Of a stretch of DNA of 64,000 nt, positions 1 to 13,161 are shown in pieces. Every line of letters begins with the position of its first letter. Position 1 is the first letter of the stretch. Both the position numbers and the translations under genes were made by a program. Under the pieces are notes generated by a model. It made no database searches. It worked only from the letters and a program-made list of their open reading frames with translations, and was not told the origin of the DNA. The DNA lies in contig OX597829.1 in assembly GCA_951406725.2 (NCBI GenBank), forward strand, positions 12,710,001 to 12,774,000, given 5' to 3'. This stretch comes from Octopus vulgaris (taxonomy: Eukaryota).

Positions 1-329
1 ACTGAAAACAACACCGTGTCGTAGAGAAAAAAGGTGTGGCCTTGCTAGCTGAATTTTTTATTACGTTTCTAAAAATCTTGCACAGATGGGGATATTACAA
101 GACATTACTAATACATAAAGATGTTATGATGAGATCATATCTACATTTTAAAAATTTGAATTTCAGCTTTATACAATTTAATTTTGACTTGTTTTTAAAA
201 CTTTTCCTTTTTAAAACCAAGGGAACGCACCTGGCAGCCTGTAAGGCTCAGCAACAATCTATTTCTTCCTTCGTTGATGATTAAGCTGGTTTACTAACAC
301 CCACCTTTCTCATCCCATCCTTCCATCGT

Positions 330-1980
330 TTTTCATACACGCTTCGCGACAGGGTTTTCCTCACCAACCCCATCTTGCTCTTCAGATGGTACCTGACATA
401 AGTTAGCAACCGGGGGCCAGAGAAGAAGGACCCTCTCTACGATACCTTCCAATCTAGATCTCCATACGTACTCTTTCAATATTGTAACCGTAGAGAGAAA
501 ACACGGAGTTCTGTTGGCGGTACCATATTTATTATAGATCCATCCGATAGCCATACTTTTCCCAGATGCGACAAGACGTGTTCTACGTAATTTATCAAGC
601 TTGACAGCTCCGGACATTGTACAAAAGCGTGCTGAACTGTTTCGTCGTCCAGCCCACATCTTGGACATGTCGGTGGCACTGACATTCCGTGCCTGTATAA
701 CTTATCGCGAGCAGGTAGAGCATTCCTGTATACAGCCAGGCCAGGGACTTTTGGTAATTATACAAATATCCTGGCCTGACAGTCCCACGAAACATGTTGG
801 CGAGTTGGTTCTCGTCGAAGGACTGCTTACTTACATGTGGACTGCTAATTTACATGTGTCACATCTAGGACGACCAGCCTACTTTCTGGGTCTAGAAAGA
901 CAGTACTTACTTGTAAGTCCAAGCTCTTCCTGATAAAGATTGCCACGCCCCCTCCTCTTCCTCGGCTAGGAGAAATAAAAGAGGCGAGAACGCTTGAGGT
1001 CTGCTCATCTTGGACTCGGTTGCAATAGCCACATCTACTCCTTGTGTCCTAAGGCAATCCAGGAAACAATCCTGATTCCATTTCGACCCCATTCCACGCA
1101 CATTCGCACAGTTTAATTTAATCATCGATGGAAGAAAAATGTTTTACTTGCGGTTGAGAAAGGGAGCATGACAGTTTATGTTTGCTTGCTTCCTCCACAC
1201 TCCCCGTAGCTGCTGGGTTTTTCACCGGCGTTGCCACCAGGCCCTAGGTTGGTGTGGCTGCCGGACTAATAAGTAGTTTACCCGCTATCACCTCTTCGGT
1301 AACGTCTTTTGTGGTATTGTTCTTTAAATGTTCTTGAAGCTTCTCCATCCATTCTTCGTCTCCAATCTTCGCATAGCGAACGTCAGACTTATTGTCTGCC
1401 GTTTTGTGGAAAAGTTTTATTTTATTTATTTTTATGTACCGAAAACCTTACCCGTTTTTCTTATGAAAAACAATGATTTTATCATTTTTTAAAAAACATT
1501 TTTGCTTGCAGGTGGGGTCAAACTATGTTCCAATTAATGTAATGCCAACGGGGTGGGATTGGGGAATTGTTTTGTGCTGTTCGTCTGTAGATATTTTTTG
1601 TATGGGGTAGTGTACTTTATTCCAGATAGGTGCCATACATTTTTCTACTGCTTCATTTTTTACGTCCATTATACGCTTTTCTTTGATGTTGTCGACTTTG
1701 TACACAACTGTTTTCGCATTAATGACTTGTACTGTCTCAAGGGGCGGCAGCAACTTGGTCTACGCTCCACTTTTTTTTAAATTAGATTTCTAAACTTGAA
1801 TAGCTGATCCAATGTTACTTCAAGTTCTGTAACGTTGCCGCCATCCGTGGTTGAAAAACTCTGTTTCTTCTTGGTATCCTGCTGGTTCACAGTTTCATTT
1901 CCTTTTCCCATCTCGGGAAAATCCTTTTTTGACGAAAGATCGAATTCCATATCCAGACTTGTCACGAATGACAAGAAAAA
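330..1980 (-). mobile_element. Internally deleted, decayed Tx1/L1-like non-LTR retrotransposon
   Basis: ORF1-like fragments at 1523-1974. ORF2 starts with an APE N-terminus (MIKLNCANVRG...VDVAIATESK; another frame reads GGGVAIFIRKSL) at 1125 and joins near 830 to the C-terminal zinc knuckle (CPRCGLDDETVQHAFVQC, 476-685). Homologous to ORF2 at 53-59 kb. Ends approximate. Confidence 0.8.
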
Positions 1981-2164
1981 GTTTCAGAAAAAATAACCAG
2001 TAAAGGTTAAAAATATAAGCAGTTCACAAAAATATTTTGAATAAAAACTATCAGAAAGTTTCTGCTCTATAGGGCGAAAATTACTGTTGTTAGTTCCTTT
2101 TCATGGGTTTTAATTAGTAAAGATAGAGTTTAATTAGTGCTGATATGATCTTTCCCTACCATAC

Positions 2165-3980
2165 TATACATAAACAGACAGTTAACTCAAATTTGAACAC
2201 TACACAATGGAAGGAACTGATAGAACTTCTAAATGATGAAGATATAACCATTAAGGAAGCAGAAAAGGGAAGTGCAGTTGTAATAATGGATACATCATAC
2301 TATAGAAATCTTGTAATTTCCTTGCTTGATGACAATCAACATTATGAAAAAATCACCAACTCCACCCCGCAAAAAATAATGAAAACTCTATATTCACTAA
2401 TTAAAACCCATGAAAAGGAACTAACAACCAAAGAGATTGACTTTCTAACAAACTTTAAATGCAAGCCTAGCCTCTTCTATGGTCTACCAAAAATTCATAA
2501 AAGCCAAATTATAAGTGAAACCATTAAAAAGTCACCAAAGACATACATACACACACCTAACCCGGGAGACCTAAAACTACGACCCATTGTAGCTGGCCCA
2601 ACCTATGAAACACACAGATTAAGTCTATTTATGGACATCCTCCTGAAACCCTTCCTTAAACATATCGATAGCCATATCAGAGATGACTTGGATATGTTAA
2701 ACCACCTTCCAAAAAAAGCCAAGGAAGAAACAATCATGGTTTCATTTGATGTAGTTAATTTATATACCACTATACCTCATATTTATGGACTAGAGACAAT
2801 ACAGTTCTGACTGGACCAATTTCCGGCAGAAATACCAAAAAGGATCAGTAAAGATTTCATTACTAAATCGGTTGAATTCATCCTACATAATAACCCCTTC
2901 ATGTTTGACAATACATTTTACCGTAAAAAATCCGGAATTGCTATGGGTACAAGGGCAGCACCAGTCATTGCGAACCTAACAATGGGCTACCTAGAAGTAA
3001 TTATTTACCAGGAATCTTTATCAACCTTTGGAAACCCCCTCTCTCAATACATAAAAGAGAATTGGAAACGATTCCTGGACGATTGTTTTATACTCTGGAA
3101 TGAAAACACAGATAAACTCCTAAAATTCAAAAACCTATTGAACAGCATCAACCCAAATATACAGTTCACAATGGAATACAACCAAAAGGAGCTTCCATTC
3201 TTAGATATACTAATTTAAAAAATTAACCTTAAAATAGAAACAGATATTTTTTACAAAGCCACAGACGCCAAACAATACCTACTTTTTGATTCATGCCACC
3301 CAAGACACACTAAAACAAACATCCCTTTCAACCTTGCAAGAAGGATATGCACAATAGTGTCAGAACAAAATTCCAGGAACTTTAGACTACAAGAACTCAA
3401 AAACACTCTAATTGACAGACACTACCCAGCTCAACTCATAGAGGATGGGATCAGACGTGCAACAGAAATCGACAAAGAAACTTTGAGAAAAGTTTAACAC
3501 AACACACCTTCCCCGAAAATACTGCCTTACATATCCACATACGACCCCAGAAACAAAGAAGCCTTCATCATCATCACCCAGAATTTACCAATACTTCATA
3601 AGGACCCCAAATTAAAGGAAATTCTAAACATACATAAAATCATTAAAAGCTACAAACAACCTAAATCACTTAAAAAGATTCTCACAAAGGCAAAATTGCT
3701 TTCTGAAATTACGGATGCAATCAGTATCAAAATTTGATACTGATTAGAAGATCGAAAATCCACCTGAAGATTGTCGGTAGCAGACATGAAACATTTGTAG
3801 TGGCGGTTTATTTAATTTATATTAAAATTTTATGTATTGATTAAGTCTTTCCTTGTTTGGTTTTAAAATAGTGGTTTTGTCTCGAATTATATTATATAAT
3901 ATTTTACTATAAAATTGGATTTAACCCTAAATCTGATTTTTCCCTGTAATTTTGGATTCATTCCCTAATATTTATTATTA
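2165..3980 (+). mobile_element. Penelope-like element (PLE): RT pseudogene plus 3' pLTR/tail ending in (TA)n
   Basis: PLE RT motifs EKGSAVVIMD, FYGLPKIHK, LRPIVAG, SFDVVNLYTTIP, GIAMGTRAAP, RFLDDCF, LPFLDILI. In-frame stops at 2808 and 3216. No GIY-YIG seen before the HHR at 3760. Confidence 0.9.
3760..3803 (+). ncRNA. Minimal type I hammerhead ribozyme in PLE pLTR
   Basis: ccac-CTGAAGA-t-tgtc(ggtagca)gaca-t-GAAA-c(attt)g-TA-gtgg. Confidence 0.75.
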
Positions 3981-4034
<54 letters not shown>

Positions 4035-4064
4035 TGAGAAAGCTGGTGTGTGAAAGCACGTGGT

Positions 4065-4099
<35 letters not shown>

Positions 4100-4159
4100 T
4101 TAAGCTTAGTTGGAAATGGGTGCATGGCGTTCAATCATAATAATATAAATAAAATTTAC

Positions 4160-4192
<33 letters not shown>

Positions 4193-4269
4193 TAGAGATA
4201 AATATACACATATGTACTTATATATATGTATTTATGCATATGTATATATATATATATGTATGTATATAT

Positions 4270-5215
4270 GATAGAAATAATATATAAATATATGCATATA
4301 TACATACATATATGTACATACCAACATATACATATGTATATATATACATGTATATATGGGTACAGGACATAAAAAAACATATACTAAATGAAAAACGAGT
4401 ACATAGAAAACAAAAGCATGGAAAACGAACTTTTTTCGAACAACGGAAAAAACAAACGAACAGAGAAACGAGAAATGCAACATAAAGAACATTTCCTTCA
4501 TCAGTTGTCCCCTGTTTTATGTACTCCGCGTGCGAAGGTAAGGACAAGACGCGACTTCGTTAAGACAGTCCTTCCCGCAAAGCAAATTAGATAAAACTTG
4601 GGATTTTTTTGAGGGTTAAAGTGGTAACATAAACAGGACAGTGAGAACAAAACAGTAAAAACTAACGGTGAGGGCTGTTAAGCCAAGGCGATGTGAAGTG
4701 ATGTAAGCTGGAAAATTGGTTTTGAGAAGAGACATATAAAAGCACGTCTTGTCTTTAGGAAGGAAGTGGAAGAAAGAAAGATGGATGGCCGTTGGTCACG
4801 TGTAAGCAACGGGCGAGTCACGGAGGAAGTGTAGGAGAAGGAAAGGGAGGTGATGGTGGAGGAGATAGAAGAATAGGGAAAGAGTGGGAGAGAAAAACAG
4901 AAAGGAAGAAGAAGAGAGGGGGTAGTTTGACCGACAAGAAATAGAATAAGGGTGCACGTCGTAATTATTAAGATGAAACTAACTTGGAAAAGGATTCGTG
5001 GCGTTGATCATATAATAATATAAATATATAAATATATGCATATATACATGCATATATGTACATACCTACATATATATGTATATATACATGCATATATGCG
5101 TACAGGACATAAAAAACGCAGACAAACTGAGAAATGAGAACATAAAAAAACCAAACCAAACGAACTGCTTTTACAACAACGAAAAACCAAACAAACAGAG
5201 AAACGAGACGTGATC
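4270..5215 (-). repeat. Dispersed ~0.75-0.85 kb repeat family (permuted-HHR carrier): one unit plus partial tandem unit
   Basis: Reverse complement of blocks at 16290-16635, 17425-18590 and 61480-62150. 5000-5215 repeats 4270-4475. Confidence 0.75.
4492..4568 (-). ncRNA. Non-circularly permuted hammerhead-like motif, copy A (GAAA damaged)
   Basis: rc: tcgcg-TC-ttgtcc-ttaccttc-GCA-cgcgg-agta...ggacaa-CTGATGA-ag-gaa. Confidence 0.55.
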
Positions 5216-5717
5216 GCCATGATTGTCTGCTAGTTACTAAAGCTTCTTTTTTTATTCTCTCTCTGTTTATTTTCTCGTGTTCCTTTCTGTTGAAGAGTGT
5301 GGGCTCGAAACGTAAAAGACTTTCTCACCTTCCCTAGCATTATACTAATACAACTGTTTGTTGTTTACACACCTATCTTCGTCTTTTGTTTTTTGTAAAT
5401 TCCAACTAGGCCTCTTGATCAGGACAGATTTGAAATTTATCGCAAAAACTTTCGTTCGGTATATTTTACTTTTTTAATTAATCACATGTCTGTTCGACCG
5501 ATTCACATGAATTTATTCATTAAAACTTAGAACTTGTGTCGCTGCTTCTGATTAGGTAAAATTGATTAAAATTTAAACCTGAGTTACATTTTCCTGCAAT
5601 GTTTCCGGAACAAGTAAATAACAAAATCAGGTTTACCATGGAAAAATATTTCAATATACCAAATTTGAAAACTTTGACATAACTTTAAAATTTCATATGT
5701 GACACAACAGGCACACA

Positions 5718-5762
<45 letters not shown>

Positions 5763-5895
5763 ACACACACAGAGGTAATCACGCGTTTAAAATGGTGTAT
5801 AGTAGACATGCATGTATGTATGTATGTGCGTATGTATGTATGTATGTATGTATGTATGTATGTATGTATGTATGTATGTATGTATGTATGTATGT

Positions 5896-7415
5896 CGTGG
5901 AGTAAGAAGGCTGACGAGATACAAGCGGCATCAGATTCCATTAACACAAAGCTGTTGTATGGTCTCTTGCGAGAAGTTTATGGACCATCGTCTTCTCTGA
6001 TGACACCAATTCGAAGCAGGGATGGTAAAGAACTTCTTCGTGATAAGGAAACTGCAGATACGGTGTTTACGTCCATTATCCAACCTGTGACAGCATATTT
6101 AATATCAGGCGCCTTGCTGCAAAAAAAAAGATATTTACCTCTATCGTAAGTGACCTTTTGTATGCTGATGATTGTGAGCTAGTAGCACACACAGAGATTG
6201 ATATGCAACACATTTTGAATGCATTCTTTGATGCTTGCACTGCCTTAGGATTGACAGTCAATCTCAAGAAAACTGTTGTCATGCATCAACCTGCCCCTGG
6301 TAAGCAGTATAGTGAACCAAATATCTATGTGAATGGTAAACGACTTGATGTAGTGGATCAGTTTGTCTACCTGGGAAGCACTATTAATAGATATGGCAAT
6401 GTGGATGATGAAATTCCATATAGAATTAGGAAAGCAAGTGTTGCTTTCGGAAGGCTAGAAAAGCGACTCTGGAGTCGGTGAGACATATGCAGAAAGACAA
6501 AGATAAAGGTGTACAAGGCATGTGTGCTCCTTCTCTTCTCTATGCCTGCGAGACGTGGGTCACATATCGATACCACCTTAAACAACTGGAACGTTTCCAT
6601 CAGATGTGCCTCAGACGGATCTATGGCATTAAGTGGAAGGACCGCATCAGCGATCTTGAAATACTCGAAGGCTCTCGGTGTAAAAGTATAGAAGCTCTTG
6701 TGTTAAAGCAAAGGCTCAGATGGAGTGGTCATCTGGTCAGAATGAAGGTTTCAAGGATGCCAAAACAACTCTTTTATGAAGAGTTAGCTAATGGAGAACG
6801 ACCTCCACATAAACCCCAAAAAAGGTATACAGACTTGCTGAAGGCTTCATTAGGAGATGCTTGCATCTCTCCTGACACATGGGAAGGCATAGCTATTGAT
6901 CGTAGCAGGTGGAGAAGGATTGTGCATGAGGGGACGGCCACTTCTGAGAAATTTCGAGTTGCACATGAGAAAGTAAGGAGGGATGTCAGGAAGGGTGTCG
7001 CGGTTACACTTCCAGAAGGGAAGGGTCTTCCTTTGATTCTGACATGCAATGTCTGTGCAAGACCCTGTCTCAGTAAAGCTGGACTCGTGAGTCATCTTCG
7101 TAGTCATAAAACGAGACAGATGAGTGACAACCTGGCCACTGGTGGTGGTGTAACACACCATACTAATCATATCTGTCGGACATGTGGAAGAGAGTGTAAT
7201 TCGGCAGGAGGACTTAAATGACATGCAAAGGTACATGAAACCCAGTTACAACTACAGCCGGCTATTACCAGTAAAGGTTTTAGTTGCCAATGTTGTACAA
7301 GACATTGTAGATCTTTAGCTGGGCAAAAAGAGTCACATTCGATCACAGCACCAGTAACAGTTAAGCTTCGTGCAATGGCCATACTCGATAACGAGGAGGG
7401 CAGCCATAATAATAA
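5896..7415 (+). mobile_element. 5'-truncated, internally deleted RTE-clade LINE with C-terminal C2H2 zinc fingers
   Basis: LYADDC, FVYLGSTI, LLYACETW, RLRWSGHLVRM. CxxC...HxxxH repeats at 7040-7340. (ATA)n tail at ~7406. Stops and frameshifts present. Confidence 0.9.
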
Positions 7416-7416
7416 T

Positions 7417-7529
<113 letters not shown>

Positions 7530-7589
7530 TGTATGTATGTCTGAATGTATGTATGTTTGTATGTATGTATGTATGTATATATGTATGCA

Positions 7590-7960
7590 TGTGTGTGACC
7601 CTTCTTTGCGATGGACAGGCCACCTGTGCACAATTGTTGTCAACTTACCCCCTCTTTCCTTAAAGCTCAAACCCAACTTTCTTTCCCTTCCTCAGCGTTG
7701 GAAAAGTTACTTATGTGTACGTGCATGTGTGTATATATATATGTATGTATGTATATATCTATGTACTTACAGAAGTATTTATGAAGTGTCACATGCATAC
7801 CCCTGAATGACAACTGTATTAACGTTACAATCCCACTGTCATTCCATATTTGTCGCATACACAACTTTTTTCCCCTCTTCCCTGATACCAGCCACACTCA
7901 CTATGCCACCGCATTTCACCTCCCAATAACACTCTTGGACCCTTTTTATTTTATCAAATA
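7590..7960. repeat. Unclassified dispersed repeat
   Basis: Colinear similarity to 60650-61040 (gatggacaggccacctgt...ctgaatgacaRctgtattaa...ctatgccacc). Confidence 0.7.
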
Positions 7961-8299
7961 ATATGCCAACCGATTAAAAGGGAGGAATTCCAACCACGTT
8001 TCGTGGTTCACTACTTTATAGGAGCCAGTGGCTAAAGACATCATCATCAGGAACTACGTCCGGTTTCGGCCCCTACTCCTCTACCGTTTTCTTCAGCTCT
8101 GGTGTTGAATGCGTTTCTTCTTTACCCTTTTTTCCTTTTGTACTTTGGTTTCTTCGATGCAGCGTCAACGAATGTCAGCTCCAGCAGCCATCACCAGCTA
8201 ACTGTCACGTGACACTCTCTAAGCTTCAATTGATCAATTGAAGGAAAGGGCGCGTAATTTTAGCCCGCGCCCTCTCTAAACCTGCCTTCCAACAGTGTC

Positions 8300-8765
8300 G
8301 TGTTACATTCAGTTCCAGAAGCCAGAGGCGATCAGCTGTTTGGTGGTACAAGCCTTCGAACCAGGAGGAGAACGCGCTCTGAACGAGATCGTTACCCTGG
8401 CCCACCTGTCAATCAGCGATGCTGCTTAAGTGTCAGTCAACCTTACCAAGCGACGCTATTTCCCAGTCGGCATGTTATGGCTTTAAATCCATTTTCGGTC
8501 TTCTCCTTTCAGCCATATATAGAAGCTGGATTTGTCCACTGCCTCCTATATTCTCCTTATTACTTTTTTCAACTCTGAGCTCGAAAATTCAAACCTTTTA
8601 AATAATATCGCCATTTTCCTTTCAATGAAGCCTCTAAACCCCACTGCCAGGTGGTAATACTCGACAGTCCATCCCTGTTCTCCGCATTCTTCGATTAATC
8701 TCTCATACCACTTCTCCTTCGGTTGTTCTGCATTAATGATGTTCTCTTCTCATGGCACGGTCAGA
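8300..8765 (-). mobile_element. 3' fragment of restriction-like-endonuclease LINE (Hero-like)
   Basis: Minus translation LTVP*EENIINAE..KEKWYERLIEECGEQGW...LAVGFRGF...SSFYIWLK matches the RLE C-terminal pattern. Confidence 0.7.
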
Positions 8766-9573
8766 TCTAGGTTACGGAGACACAAAAACCGGCTGTCAAG
8801 CTGCGGCTGGGTGCAAACACACACACATAGATATATACAGTCCTAAGCAACAACGACGAATTATACATTGTACCGAAATGCAATGATATCGATGTGGTAT
8901 ATATCAGTTCATGCATACAGGTCAATTTATGAACACAAACACCGGATTAATATTTACAAATGCAAATATGAACTGCAAAAGCAGAAATTTAATTTACTAC
9001 ATTAAATGCTCGAATTGTATGGCGATATATGTTGGTCAGAATGGGAATGCATTATCGGAACGTTCATGTGTGCACTGACAGCAAATTAAAGACCCCGATG
9101 CCCGTCGGATGCCTTTAGCCGACCATCAGGCAACATGTGGTCAGAAAAAGCTTACAATATTCCCATTCTACAAACTAAACAACTCAAGTGAAATTGAGGG
9201 AAAAGACGGAGAAAAGAATTTTATTGATCAATCCGAACCCGTTCGAAATGGAAAGTTATAATAATGGTGCTAATTATACTACTGCAATTACTATTGCTAC
9301 CACCGCCACCGATAGTAGTAGCGTTGACCAAATGCACATTGGTTCGAATGAAATATAGAAAAAAATCTAGATTAGAAATAGAAGTAGAATTGAATGAAAA
9401 CAGTACTGTTGTTTACAACATTCAAAAATATAGTCAAACAATTATACCTTTGGGTGCGGTCAAAATCAAGTATCCTTGACGTGACCATCAAACGATGACG
9501 TCTACTGATTGGTTGAAATATAGTTAGGACTTAGTTGGCACGCTCACCAAACCATGACACCCAAGCCATTATG

Positions 9574-9823
9574 TGTGCGATTGGGCAAGCTACAGTTTGG
9601 AAGATTTAGCCTGCTGGAGCCCATCAGAGGATATTTAAGGGATAAATCCGACTATTTCACTACAGTTGTCACTTGTGGAACACGACTGTCACTGCATAAA
9701 TCTGATGATTGCGCAATGCATGAAGTACTAGTTTATTTCAATATTGTAAAACTGTAAAACTTGCAAATAACAAAACGTGAAAATCAGACTAAGTTGAAAT
9801 TTCGTTGATTAATATATATATAT

Positions 9824-9903
<80 letters not shown>

Positions 9904-10149
9904 GTATATATATATTAATCAACGAAATTTCAACTTAGTCTGATTTTCACGTTTTATTATTTGCAAGTTTTACAGTTTTACAATATTGAAATAAACTAGT
10001 ACTTCATGCATTGCGCAATCATCAGATTTATGCAGTGACAGCCGTGTTCCACAAGTGACAACTGTAGTGAAATAGTCGGATTTATCCCTTAAATATCCTC
10101 TGATGGGCTCCAGCAGGCTAAATCTTCCAAACTGTAGCTTGCTCAATCG

Positions 10150-10153
<4 letters not shown>
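9574..10153. repeat. 240-bp inverted repeat around a ~100-bp (TA)n spacer
   Basis: 9574-9813 is the reverse complement of 9914-10153, with 3 mismatches seen. Confidence 0.95.
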
Positions 10154-10242
<89 letters not shown>

Positions 10243-10369
10243 TTATAAATACGGGTTATATCAATATTTAAATATCGAAATAGCAGTCAAATCCCTGACT
10301 CTAAGAACCACATTAAATCTTCATATCGCACCATGAGATAAGATAGAGGGACAAAATAGATTAGCTTAG

Positions 10370-10516
<147 letters not shown>

Positions 10517-10539
10517 CATATATATATGTATATATATAC

Positions 10540-10651
<112 letters not shown>

Positions 10652-10929
10652 TCAAATTTGAATGCCAAGGCATTGTTCGTCCCAAGCGTTTGCCAAAAGA
10701 TACTTGCCCAAGGTGCAGCAGAGTGGAATCCAAACCGAAATCATGTAACAACTATACAATTAAACAACTCAAAAACAATTAGTTAATTATAACTAATTAT
10801 TCTATTATTCTTATATTCTAATTTTATACTTTTCCTATATTTGACTGACACCTTACTAAATTGCTCGAGTGCTGCTTCAACAGTTTTCTTTTTCGAAGAA
10901 TGTCGTTCTTTCGATGATATCGTTTCTAA

Positions 10930-11164
10930 TTACTTGTTTCAGTCATTAAATTGCAGCCGTACGGCTACACCGCCTTGAATTTTAGTTCAGTTAATTGCTC
11001 CCAGTGGTCTTCTTTTCTTAAGCCCGGTTCTTATCCTATCGAGCTCTTTTGCCGAAATGCTAAGTTACGAGAACGTTAACACACCAGCATCGGTTGTCAA
11101 GCGATGGTGTGGAGCAGACTCAGACACACACACAAATGCACACACACGCACACACATATACGAC

Positions 11165-11205
<41 letters not shown>

Positions 11206-11599
11206 TCTTTTGCTCTTTTACTTGTTTCAGTCATTTGACTGCGGACATGCTGGAGCACCGCCTTTAGTCGAACATATCGACCCAAGGAATTATTCTTTGG
11301 AAGCCTAGTACAAATTCTGTCGGGCTCTTTTGCAGAACCGCTAAGTTATGGGGACGTAAACACACCAACAAGTGATGGTGAGGGGATAAGCACAGACACA
11401 CAAATACATATATACATATATACATACATACATACATATATATATACGACGGGCTTCTTTCAGTTTCCGCCTACCAAATCCACTCATAAAATTTGCTCTA
11501 TAGTAGAAGGCACTTGTCCAAGTTGCTACGCAGTGGAACTGAACCCGGAACCATGTGATTGGGAAGCAAACTTGCTACCTCACAACCAATTCCTGCGCC
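10930..11599 (-). mobile_element. tRNA-derived SINEs: partial copy (10930-11168) and near-full copy (11204-11599)
   Basis: Pol III-type head on the minus strand (B-box-like GGTTCAGTTCC), (AGTAAAAG)-type tail, high similarity to 18588-19002. Confidence 0.85.
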
Positions 11600-11637
11600 A
11601 ACGTGAAAAACCTTAAATGTTAAACTTTAATTTCAAG

Positions 11638-11718
11638 TCACCTGAAGAAAATGTTTTTTACATGATATAATTGATGTGTTCATCAATAACGAAAATACAT
11701 TTGAAACAGCTGTAGTGA
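11638..11718 (+). ncRNA. Type I hammerhead ribozyme (PLE-type, long helix II)
   Basis: tcac-CTGAAGA-aaatgt...acattt-GAAA-c(AGCT)g-TA-gtga, with palindromic loop III. Confidence 0.8.
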
Positions 11719-13102
11719 ACGTCAGCCCATTTCTGATACAGACAGACAGACACACACACACACGTGTATGTATATAAGGCTTTGTTCTCTGTTGGTCATG
11801 TATCCAGGAGTATATTATGAATTCTTACTGATCACTTAGACATTTCTTTAACTTGTATGCATGTATGTATGTATTTTTTTGTGCGTCTACGTGTATATGC
11901 ATGTGTGTGCAAATGTGTCTTTTGTGTGTTTGTGTTTGTATGTGTGTATGCGCATGCGTGTGAGTTCGTACGTGTATGCGCGCCTTTATCTGGATTTGCA
12001 CAGCAAAATACCTTGAAGATTACAAACTAAATTGAAAGTTCCAGTTAATTTTCTCATGGTAACAATGTGGTGTATTTAGTGACATTTATAGAAAGAGTTA
12101 AATAAGGCACATGTACATTTCAAAGTATGACAAGTTATTTGTAAAACGTTAAACCAAAAGAATTTTAAAAACAAGATCTAATGAAACATGCAAATCTTAA
12201 AATATGACTGGTGATGAGAGCAATGTGGTTTTTGTATCATTGAAAAAGACCTTAAGGACTAGATTGTGTCTCCATGGGCAAATCGTAAAGTATGACTACT
12301 TACTGAGTATCTAACAGTATCTAACTGTAACCCACAGTTAGATACTGAAAATTAAATGAAGAATATAATTGTATTTTTGGTTAGCAACTTGCACATGCAA
12401 GTGCTACCAGTTGAAACTCCGCATACCGGATGCTAGCAAGCTTATGGGGGTCATCAGAAGAGAATGCGCGCCGTTTCGGGGCCTTCCTCTCGACGGCATT
12501 ACATACCGGTTGAGGCCCTGCTTGCTCGATCAACTGGTTATCAGGTTTCGCTCAATATTCTTCTAGCCATGGCTCATTGTCTCTTTTAATCTAAATCCAG
12601 CTCCTTGCCTTTTCCCACTGCTATCTGGATATCATTCATGATAATATTTATTTTACGATTAATGAAATCTCTGTTTGGTTCCTTCAGGGCTTTTTTCCAC
12701 TGTTTACGAGAGCAATTTGGCACTTTATAGCATTGAAGAATTTAGAAACCCGATTGTGTTACGACGTGCAAATTGTAAGATGTGACTAATAATTGAGAGG
12801 GTGTGTCAAGTTAATACTTACGTAAGCCAGAGTTAATTATTGAAAACTAAATGAAGAGTATAGAAACAAAAGAATTACGTAATCTATAAAACACATTAAA
12901 AAGATGCAAGATATCAGTTACAAGGTAAATAATGGATAGAGAAAAAATATTATGCTAAAAATTTACAAGGAATATATGCTGCACGTCAGAAGACGAACAG
13001 AGTAATATGTATGTATGTATGTATGTATGTATGTGTGTATGTATGTATGTATGTATGTATGTATGTATGTATGTATGTATGTATGTATGTATACATGCAT
13101 GC

Positions 13103-13161
<59 letters not shown>

